This document shows, in pieces, positions 56,810-64,000 of a DNA stretch of 64,000 nt (positions within the stretch are counted from its first letter, which is position 1; each line of letters starts with the position of its first letter). The stretch comes from Gemmatimonadota bacterium (GTDB lineage Bacteria > Gemmatimonadota > Gemmatimonadetes > Gemmatimonadales > GWC2-71-9). The translations under genes and the position numbers were made by a program. The notes below the pieces were generated by a model. It did not search any database, had not been told where the DNA came from, and saw only the letters and a program-made list of their open reading frames with translations. The stretch is taken from the NCBI GenBank assembly GCA_029862925.1, contig JAOTWJ010000004.1:503-64502 (forward strand), written 5' to 3'.

Positions 56810-57751
56810 GTGTCCAACGTAAGTTGTTTTCCCGCAAGCGCTGTCACGAAGGTCACCGGCGGGCCGAGCGACCCGATCGGGAGCGCTGATGGGGTAAGCA
56901 ACCTGGGCCGATTCGACCCAACCGCGCCAGCGGCGGCGAGAACGTTCGCCGCTGTCATGCGCGCGCTCGTGGGTGCGTTGGACGCCAAGGATGCCGACAC
57001 CTGGCAGCATTCGTCCCGCGTGTCGGCGGTGTCGGTCGCGATGGCGCGTGTCCTCGGATTGGACGACCGGATGCAGTCGGAACTACGGATTGCGGGCGAG
57101 CTGCATGACGTGGGGAAGATCGGGGTACCGGTGGAGTTGCTCCGCCGCCCGGGCCGCCTCACGGCGGCCGAGTACCGGGCTGTGTTGCTCCACACGGTGA
57201 TCGGGGAACGAATGCTCCGGCCGCTGATGCGCCGCCATCCGCAGGTGCTCCAGGCGGTGCGTTCCCATCACGAGCGCTTCGCAGGCGGGGGATTCCCGGA
57301 CGGCCTCCACGGTTACGCGATCCCGCTCGCCGCGCGCATCGTTGCCGTCGCCGACGCCTTCGACGCGATGACGTCGTCGCGCCCGTATCGAGCCGCGTTA
57401 GGCGTGACCGCCGCCGTCCGCGAACTGCGCGCCAGCGCGGGCACGCAGTTCGACCCCGCCTGCGTGCGCGCGCTGCTGATCGTGCTTCGGGTGCAAGGCC
57501 GCGTCGGGCGGCCACGCGCAGTCCCGACGCGGCGCGCGACGCGCTGCGGAGAGCCTCGCCCACGGCGCGGGATGATGAGCGTGGCGGCTAGGGGACGGAG
57601 GGCACGGTGGCTGTCCGGGCCCGCCCGCGCGGACCCCGACTGGCGGCGCCCGCGCTGGCTGGCGTCGGACCACCGGCGCCCAAGCGCGGCCACGCCCTGC
57701 ATTGCCGCACCTGCACGGGCGGGTCCACATTGCAGGCGTGGCGCCTCCTGA
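56810..57751 (+). CDS. Stand-alone HD-GYP domain phosphodiesterase
   Basis: AAGGAG RBS; HS.RV, LHDVGKIG, HHERF.G.GFPDGL, RI.AVADAFDAMTS.RPYR, GTQFDP; Arg-rich tail. Confidence 0.9.
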   Translation: MSNVSCFPASAVTKVTGGPSDPIGSADGVSNLGRFDPTAPAAARTFAAVMRALVGALDAKDADTWQHSSRVSAVSVAMARVLGLDDRMQSELRIAGELHDVGKIGVPVELLRRPGRLTAAEYRAVLLHTVIGERMLRPLMRRHPQVLQAVRSHHERFAGGGFPDGLHGYAIPLAARIVAVADAFDAMTSSRPYRAALGVTAAVRELRASAGTQFDPACVRALLIVLRVQGRVGRPRAVPTRRATRCGEPRPRRGMMSVAARGRRARWLSGPARADPDWRRPRWLASDHRRPSAATPCIAAPARAGPHCRRGAS

Positions 57752-58562
57752 CCTAATCGCGATCGTCCGCCCCCCCAGCGAGGCCCTCGCCCGTTGCGAG
57801 GTGACCCATGTCGCGCGGGAACCGATCGACATCCCCCGCGCCCGATCCCAGCATGCGACCTATGTCGCGACCCTCGGTGACCTCGGGGCCGCGGTAACCG
57901 TCCTGCCACCGGAGCCGGACCTGCCCGACGCCGCGTTCGTGGAAGACGTCGCGGTGGTGTTCGACGAGGTGGCCATGATCACGAATCCCGGGGCGGCGTC
58001 CCGCCGTGCCGAAGTGGAATCGGTGGCAGCGGCACTGGTGGGACACCGGTCCCTCGAGCGGATGCAGGCGCCGGCGACGCTCGACGGCGGAGACGTGCTG
58101 GTGATCGGGCGCTCGGTGTACGTGGGGCGCTCCACCCGGACGAACGCCGAGGGGATTGCATGGCTTCGGACGCGGCTCACGCCCCTCGGCTATGCAGTTT
58201 CCGCCGTGGAGGTGCATCACTGCCTCCACCTCAAGTCCGCGTGCTCCTACCTCGGGCGCGGCCTCGTGCTGGCCAACCCCCGCTGGGTGGACGTCGGCGT
58301 CTTTCAGGACTGCGAGGTGATCGAGGTGGCGGCCACGGAACTGCGGGCCGCCAACACGTTCCGCGTGGGTGACACGCTCGTCATGGCCGACGGGTTTCCC
58401 GCCACCCGCGCGGTGATCGAGGCCCGGGGGTTCGCGGTTCGCACCGTTGACCTCTCCGAGCTGCAGAAGGCCGAAGCGGGCGGGAGCTGCCTGAGCCTGG
58501 TGTTCTGGAGCGGCTGCGCGAACGGGACGCTCGGCCAGTGCCCGCCCCGCACTCCTGCGTAG
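57738..58562 (+). CDS. Dimethylarginine dimethylaminohydrolase family amidinohydrolase
   Basis: PDA.FVED, SRR.E, LDGGDV, S.RTN, LHLKS, AN, EL.KAE.G.SCLS. Confidence 0.88.
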   Translation: MAPPDLIAIVRPPSEALARCEVTHVAREPIDIPRARSQHATYVATLGDLGAAVTVLPPEPDLPDAAFVEDVAVVFDEVAMITNPGAASRRAEVESVAAALVGHRSLERMQAPATLDGGDVLVIGRSVYVGRSTRTNAEGIAWLRTRLTPLGYAVSAVEVHHCLHLKSACSYLGRGLVLANPRWVDVGVFQDCEVIEVAATELRAANTFRVGDTLVMADGFPATRAVIEARGFAVRTVDLSELQKAEAGGSCLSLVFWSGCANGTLGQCPPRTPA

Positions 58563-58570
58563 ACTCGATC

Positions 58571-59473
58571 ATGTCCGCCACAGGCTTCTGCATCGGCATC
58601 GACCGCCGTAACACCAACCGAGTCCGGCGGTGGTTCCGGACCCACCCCCAGCTTCCTCCGAACAACCTGACGGTTGATTCGATGACCGTGCCGTCGGGGC
58701 CGGCCAGCCTCAAGACCCTCCTCCAGGCCATGCTGGCGTCCGCTTCGCGGAGCTTCGCGGTCGTATCGCATGGCGAGACACGCGGGTTCTTCTGGCCCCT
58801 GGTGCCCGGAGGCGCGGTATCGTCGCTGGCTTCGTCGCTCGACCGCCTCATGCAGATCGCCGACGGCGCCGGCACCCGGGCACCGGGCCAGATCCAAGAC
58901 CGCGACCGGACGTACCTCCAGCTCAACGATGCGCGGATCGGTGAGCTGCTCCAGCTCATGCGCCGGATCCGCGCCAAGCACATCGACCAACTGGAATTCC
59001 GGTCATGTATCATCGGGCGCGAACTCGCGGTGGCACGGACCATCCGACAGTTCTTTGGCGCGCGGCGCCTCGGTGCCCCTCAGCTGTTCAACCAGTTCGG
59101 CGCAGGGTCGTTCACGATCGCCACCACTCCCGCGGCGCGACACCGCTCGAGTTCCTGGCGGGTCTACCAATACGATGTGCATCCAGGGGTGGTCCACGCG
59201 TGCGTGAAGCCGCAGGCCGCGTCGACCCCCGGCCTGGTGAAGATCGACGAGATGGCGGTGTACGCGGACAGCCTGCGGACCGCCGGCCTGTGGGTGCGGG
59301 AGTATCTCGCGCCGAACGCCTCGTACCCGTCGGGCGGCGGGATCCCCCTGCACATGATGTTCGGCCGGCCGCCGGTCGGCGGCGACCCCCTCTTCGCTGC
59401 CACGCCGGAGCCGGAGCTCGCCTGGCCGATGACGAATCTCTACAAGGACCGGATCCGGTACGTCTTCGGCTAA
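58571..59473 (+). CDS. Hypothetical protein with clan-CD-like His/Cys motifs
   Basis: Typical codon style; FAVVSHG and LEFRSCIIG; no family recognised with certainty. Confidence 0.65.
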   Translation: MSATGFCIGIDRRNTNRVRRWFRTHPQLPPNNLTVDSMTVPSGPASLKTLLQAMLASASRSFAVVSHGETRGFFWPLVPGGAVSSLASSLDRLMQIADGAGTRAPGQIQDRDRTYLQLNDARIGELLQLMRRIRAKHIDQLEFRSCIIGRELAVARTIRQFFGARRLGAPQLFNQFGAGSFTIATTPAARHRSSSWRVYQYDVHPGVVHACVKPQAASTPGLVKIDEMAVYADSLRTAGLWVREYLAPNASYPSGGGIPLHMMFGRPPVGGDPLFAATPEPELAWPMTNLYKDRIRYVFG

Positions 59474-59587
59474 TCGCGCACTGATTCCACCGCGTCACCC
59501 TGGCCCTGACCCCGGCCCCGGCTCGCGCCCTGGCCGACTCTCCCCTCCGACCGCTATCGTCAGGTTTCGCTCCTCTCGGAGCGGCCC

Positions 59588-61792
59588 ATGGCCGACCAGC
59601 TGCCTTGCCCCAACGGACGCGCGCACGACAACGCTCGCACACCAGGAATCGGGCATCGCCACGTCACGTGGCGCGCGGCCGGGCTGATCGCTCTCGCGAT
59701 GTTGGCGCTGCCGCCAACCGCCGCCGCGCAGACCGACACCACCGTGGACCTCGAGCGGCTGCGCGCCGACGCGCGGGCGTACCCCGACAGTTTCCCCGTC
59801 GTATTCGCCCTCGGCCGTGCCCTGGCCCGGCGGGCCACGGAACTGGAAAAGGACTGGCCGCAGCGGCAGGAAGCCCGGAAGGTGCTCGATGAAGCCTTCC
59901 GCCTCCGACCAAACGACCCGCGTCCGTTTCTCGAGATCGGCCTGCTCTTGCGGAAGCAGGGGCTGCGCCAGGACGCCACCCGCGTCTTGCAGCGCGCCGA
60001 GGAGCGCGCCGCGGCCGCTGACGCCACGCTCGATCCGCGCGACGCGGCCGAGATCCACCATCAGCTGGCCCTGATCCATGAGGTCTGGTGGGAGGACGCT
60101 GAACACTTGGGCCTCCTCTCCGCCGATTTCACGCGCAGCAGCTGTCCCGGACTCGTGTGGCTCAACGAGGCCTCCGAGCCCGCGCCACCCACGTCGCCGC
60201 GGGCCAACCTCCTGGCGTACAACGTCATCTGTCCCACGGTGTTCGATGAGGTGATGCAGTATTGGGTTCCGTTGGACGCCGGCGAGGCCGACTACGTGAC
60301 CATGGTGGAGCATTTCCGCGCGGCGGTCCGGCTCGACCCCACCCGGACCGATGCCGCGGTCCGGCTGCTGCGCCACCTTGCGTCCGCCGGCAGGTGGGAG
60401 GAGTACCTCGCGGTGGCCGAGCCCCTTGCCCGCCGACTGCCGACCGATCCGTACGTCCTGCTCTTCCTGGGACTCGCCTACCACGCGATGGGGCTGGCTG
60501 AGCGGGCGGACTCCGTCCTCTCGCTCGCGCTGGAGCGCGCGGACTCCGTCACCCGCGACCACTGGCTCGCCCCCGCACAGCTCCTCCGCACCAACGACTC
60601 TGTGACGTTCGGCCGGCTGAGCGAAGACCGGCGCGTGGTCCTTGGGGATCTGTTCTGGCGGTCGCGGGACCCCCTGTTCCTGACCGCTCAGAACGAGCGT
60701 CTCGCGGAGCACTTGGCGCGCATCGCGTACGTGGAGGTGGCGTACGGCACGCCGCAGTCGGGCGTGCGGGGCCGCTGGACCGACCGCGGGGCCGCCTGGC
60801 TGCGGTACGGCCGCCCGTTGCAGATCCGCGTCATCAGGGGCGGTACCGAGCTGATTGAGTTCTGGGACTACGGCGCGGGCACGCCCGATCTCGTGTTCGT
60901 GCGGCAGCGCACGTATCGCTACGCTCGGTACGAGGAGTACGCCGAGCAGTACGCCCGGCATGCGCGCGAACGGGTACCGGAGCTCTATGCGCCGGCGCAT
61001 CCGCGCATCATCGCGCGCATCCCCTTCCAGGCCGCGGCGTTTCGCGCGGAGGACGGAGAATCCGTCCTCGAGGTGTACGCGGCGCTCCCCGGCACGGCCT
61101 TGCGAGAGGCCGCGCACCTCGCCGACTTCGACGCCGCCGTGTTTGTCGTCACGGCCGACCTCTGGGAGCCGCGCGGCGCGCGGCGGGAGCGGCGGGCGAT
61201 GGGGAGCGCGGACACGCTGCTCGATGCCGCGTTTCCGCTCGCCCCGGGTCGCTACATCGTGAGCGTCGAGGCCGCGGCGGGAGATGTCGCCGCGCAACGC
61301 CGCTACCAGGTAGACGTGCCGCGGTTCGGGGACTCGCTCATGCTCTCCGACCTGTTGCTGGTCGACCGGTTCGGCGCGGAGCAGGAGCAGGTCGACTCTC
61401 GCGCCGATCTCGCGCCCGTCGTCTCGCGGACGCGGGTGTTCCCGGGCGCGCAGCCGATTGGCGTGCTGTGGGAGATCTACGGCCTGCGGACCGATTCCAG
61501 CGGCGTGGCGCGCTACGCCGTCCGGGCGGAGGTGGCGGATACGAGCCAGGCCAACACCGTCGTCCAGCTGCTGCGCGAGCGGGCCGGCCGGATCGACCGG
61601 CCGACGCGCGTGGAGTGGGAAACGAGCCGGGTACCGCGGGCCGACGGCGCGGTCGTCGAGCACGTCACGCTCGATCTGCCGGACGCCAAGCCCGAGGCAT
61701 ACCGGATCTTCATCACCGTCACCGACCGCCTGACGGGGCGATCGTACACGGTCCACGCGCCGTTTGCGATCTCTGAATCGAGACCGAAGTAG
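59588..61792 (+). CDS. GWxTD-domain protein with N-terminal TPR-like helices, secreted
   Basis: Signal ending AAA-Q; FW.SRDP...T..NE...EH..RI.Y; GRWTDRG...LRYG.P; beta-rich C-terminus. Confidence 0.8.
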   Translation: MADQLPCPNGRAHDNARTPGIGHRHVTWRAAGLIALAMLALPPTAAAQTDTTVDLERLRADARAYPDSFPVVFALGRALARRATELEKDWPQRQEARKVLDEAFRLRPNDPRPFLEIGLLLRKQGLRQDATRVLQRAEERAAAADATLDPRDAAEIHHQLALIHEVWWEDAEHLGLLSADFTRSSCPGLVWLNEASEPAPPTSPRANLLAYNVICPTVFDEVMQYWVPLDAGEADYVTMVEHFRAAVRLDPTRTDAAVRLLRHLASAGRWEEYLAVAEPLARRLPTDPYVLLFLGLAYHAMGLAERADSVLSLALERADSVTRDHWLAPAQLLRTNDSVTFGRLSEDRRVVLGDLFWRSRDPLFLTAQNERLAEHLARIAYVEVAYGTPQSGVRGRWTDRGAAWLRYGRPLQIRVIRGGTELIEFWDYGAGTPDLVFVRQRTYRYARYEEYAEQYARHARERVPELYAPAHPRIIARIPFQAAAFRAEDGESVLEVYAALPGTALREAAHLADFDAAVFVVTADLWEPRGARRERRAMGSADTLLDAAFPLAPGRYIVSVEAAAGDVAAQRRYQVDVPRFGDSLMLSDLLLVDRFGAEQEQVDSRADLAPVVSRTRVFPGAQPIGVLWEIYGLRTDSSGVARYAVRAEVADTSQANTVVQLLRERAGRIDRPTRVEWETSRVPRADGAVVEHVTLDLPDAKPEAYRIFITVTDRLTGRSYTVHAPFAISESRPK

Positions 61793-61814
61793 TCACCGTG
61801 GCTCGAGACGCAGC

Positions 61815-61845
61815 GCCCCTGCCGGCCAGCCTGGCCGACAGGGGC
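61815..61845. terminator. Hairpin between convergent genes
   Basis: GCCCCTG(C)CGGCCAG-C-CTGGCCG(A)CAGGGGC. Confidence 0.5.
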
Positions 61846-61867
61846 ATTGGACCGGGCTCGACTCGGT

Positions 61868-63358
61868 CTACTGCAGCTTGCTGCGGGCCTCGTTGCGGGT
61901 CAACGCAGCCGCGGCGTTGTTGAAGTTGTACTCGGCGACCTCGCGATAGAGCGCCTGGGCGTCGGCCGCGTGCCCCAGCCCCTCGTGCGCCCGCGCTTTG
62001 AGGTACGTGACGTAGATGAAGTTGGGGTTCGCCTGATCGAGATGGGTCAGCGCCTCGGCGTGATTCCCCGCCTCCAGCTCGGCGAGCCCCAGGAGCATGT
62101 GCGCGCCCTCCATCTTGCGCGGGTTGTCCATCGGCGCGAGCAACTCGCCGATCCGGTCCGCGCTGGCCTTGGCGCCCTGCACGTCACCGTGATACGCGGC
62201 CCGCAGCCCCTCCCAGAACGCGATGTTGGACTGCTCCTGGCGCCGGAAGTCATCGGTACCGACCTGCTCCATGCGGGCGTTGAACAGCGCCGTAATCCGC
62301 GCCAGCGACTCGTCGTACACCTGCCACTTCCCAGTATGCCCGGCGATCCAAAGGATCTGTGCTTCGGTGCCGATCTTGAGACCGCGCGGCTCTTCCACGC
62401 CCATCGTGTCGATGGCCGCCGCCAGCTGGCGCAGCTCCGCGATGGCGGCGTCGGGGTTGCCGGCATACAGGGGCACGAATGCCCGCCACTGCGCGAAGGC
62501 AGCGCGCTGATTCCGCTTGCCCAGTGCGATCGCGGCATCGTAGTCGGCGCGGGCGGCGTCGAAGTCGCCGAGGAACGAGTTCACGTGCCCGCGCTGCTGG
62601 AGGTAGTTCCCGTTCGTCGGGTCCAACGCGGCCGCGCGCGTGTAGGCGTCCCGGGCGCCGGCCAGGTCCCCCTGCCGTCGCAGGGCATCACCGAGCATAT
62701 CATGGGCGTACGGCTCGTCGGGCTCGATCTCCACCGCCCGGCGCGCGTACTCGGCACCCCGCGCGAAGTCCTTCGGGTCGTTGAAGAGGTACGAGTTGCT
62801 GAGATCAATGACGGCGGGTAGGAAAGCGGGTGCGACGCCGAGCGCCTGTTCGAGTGACGCCCGCTCACCCGCGTAGTCCTTCACCGAGGCCTGCCAGCCC
62901 GCGAGGTTGGTGAGCGCCCGCGGACTCCCGGGCGAGATCTCTGCCAGCTGCTTCGCGTACGACAGTCCGGTTGCCCAATCGTTCTGGAAGCCTGCACGGT
63001 CCATCTTGATCAGGAGCTGCTCCGACTGGGACGCGCTGTCGGCCAGGGCTTCCGCATGCGCGAGATGTGTGGTGTACCCCTCGAGTGATGGCGCCGTGTT
63101 GGCGGCCCGCAGATGCGCGAGCGCAAAGTCGGGATCCGCCGCCACCGCCTGAAGGAAATGCTCGTGCGCCACCGGACCGTTGGCGAGGTCCATCGCGCGT
63201 TGCCCCTGCTCGAAATGCGTGCGCGCGACGTCCGACGTGGTCGTCATTGGCAGGGTGGGCGACCCGGCGCGTGCATCGGCGTACCCAGTTTCGCCTTGTG
63301 CACAGGCGGCCAGGAACGCCAGCGTCAGGAGTCCGAGACTTCGGGAGGGAAGCTGCAT
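61868..63358 (-). CDS. TPR-repeat lipoprotein
   Basis: GGAGG RBS; lipobox LAAC; TT.S..A...F..G, A...DPDFALA, multiple TPRs. Confidence 0.88.
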   Translation of the reverse strand: MQLPSRSLGLLTLAFLAACAQGETGYADARAGSPTLPMTTTSDVARTHFEQGQRAMDLANGPVAHEHFLQAVAADPDFALAHLRAANTAPSLEGYTTHLAHAEALADSASQSEQLLIKMDRAGFQNDWATGLSYAKQLAEISPGSPRALTNLAGWQASVKDYAGERASLEQALGVAPAFLPAVIDLSNSYLFNDPKDFARGAEYARRAVEIEPDEPYAHDMLGDALRRQGDLAGARDAYTRAAALDPTNGNYLQQRGHVNSFLGDFDAARADYDAAIALGKRNQRAAFAQWRAFVPLYAGNPDAAIAELRQLAAAIDTMGVEEPRGLKIGTEAQILWIAGHTGKWQVYDESLARITALFNARMEQVGTDDFRRQEQSNIAFWEGLRAAYHGDVQGAKASADRIGELLAPMDNPRKMEGAHMLLGLAELEAGNHAEALTHLDQANPNFIYVTYLKARAHEGLGHAADAQALYREVAEYNFNNAAAALTRNEARSKLQ

Positions 63359-63526
63359 GGTGCCTCCACCGACTGAGGAAACTGCACTCTGGCGGGTGTT
63401 CGGGGTGGGCGGAAGTGAGTCCGCCCGGAAACCGGTTGGAAACGAAGTCGACATCAGCCGGCGGATCCGGTGGGAGCGCCGACGGCACGGCCGATCATGG
63501 GGTACCCGACGGAAAGCCGAGCAGTG

Positions 63527-63556
63527 GTTGTAGCTCGTGGGACCGGCCGGCGTCAA
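63527..63556 (-). promoter_or_regulatory. Possible sigma70 promoter
   Basis: TTGACG-N18-TACAAC upstream of the TPR lipoprotein. Confidence 0.3.
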
Positions 63557-63650
63557 GCCTCGGCACCGCACGCGCCTTGCACTCCGCGCCACGCGAACCC
63601 AGGAGAATCCGCGCCGAACGGTCGCAAGTGGCTGCGGCTATTCGCGTTGT

Positions 63651-63998
63651 TCAGCCGGCCCGCAGCCCGTCTAGGAGCAAGTCGCTCACCGCCTCGGCGC
63701 GGGCGGCCAGCCGGACGTTCTTCTTCGCGAGCACCCAGTCGGTGGCCATCTCGTCGAGTACGCCGAACACCGCTTTCGCGGCGAAGAGGGCGTCCATGTC
63801 GGAGCGGAACGTGCGCTCTCGCTTCCCCTGCTCCACCACCTCGGCGATCAGCGCCAGATAGTTCCGCATGCCGCTGCGCGAGAGCAGCTCGAGCACATGG
63901 AGCGTGTGCCGGAATTCCACCTGGAAGATCACCGCCAGATCGCGATCCTCCCCCAGCAGCGAGAGATGCAGCTCCACGAACCGACGCAGCTTTTCCTC
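63651..63998 (-). CDS. TetR-family regulator (FadR/YsiA-like C-terminal domain), 5' end outside the window
   Basis: EKLRRFVELHL......DLA.IFQVE.R; I..G.....FR.D; VFG.LDEMAT.W. Confidence 0.8.
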   Translation of the reverse strand, partial: EEKLRRFVELHLSLLGEDRDLAVIFQVEFRHTLHVLELLSRSGMRNYLALIAEVVEQGKRERTFRSDMDALFAAKAVFGVLDEMATDWVLAKKNVRLAARAEAVSDLLLDGLRAG

Positions 63999-64000
63999 GG

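Noticed and set aside
57738-58562. DDAH as part of the GcvT/DmdA methylamine pathway or the sigma54 regulon
   Set aside because: It is 6 kb from the GcvT operon with unrelated genes between; its link to the HD-GYP gene is only an overlap with a doubtful tail.
63562-63576. GG-N10-GC sigma54-like element (CGGCACCGCACGCGC)
   Set aside because: It is on the + strand with no + gene downstream and has a poor -12 box, so it is likely chance in GC-rich DNA.
1-64000. Prophage, IS element, integron, rRNA/tRNA or classical defence island
   Set aside because: I recognised no integrase, transposase, phage structural, restriction-modification or cas motifs, and saw no obvious compositional island. Small RNAs cannot be excluded without covariance-model searches.

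Overview
A very GC-rich bacterial chromosome segment, most likely Gemmatimonadota (inferred from the GWxTD protein, the CBM48/ECF cluster, the kinase-TPR gene style and the many lipoproteins). It holds about 55 densely packed CDS. I could not recognise any rRNA, tRNA, CRISPR array, transposase or integrase. Main modules: (1) secreted hydrolases (GH20-PA14, esterases, S9 and prolyl peptidases); (2) an alkyl-DHAP-synthase-like/GlpD/DAGK-family lipid operon; (3) an ECF sigma factor with a CBM48-bearing candidate anti-sigma, a CBM48 beta-rich exported protein and a divergent lipoprotein/barrel pair, served by two back-to-back identical promoter-like motifs (TGTGAC-N15-CGGGTAT); (4) an 11.7-kb signalling operon of three paralogous GAF-array histidine kinases (4/3/2 GAFs), a single-domain receiver and an unusual HisKA-REC-HAMP-Ser/Thr kinase fusion; (5) a GcvT + 2x phytoene-dehydrogenase-like + DmdA-like operon; (6) a sigma54 activator flanked by two -24/-12 promoters, each with a related palindrome about 100 bp upstream, in front of an HD-GYP gene and a lipoprotein-TPR pair; (7) three gene remnants. 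All protein-family calls come from recognising motifs by eye, not from database searches. Start codons were re-chosen from RBS, overlap and signal-peptide evidence and are approximate.
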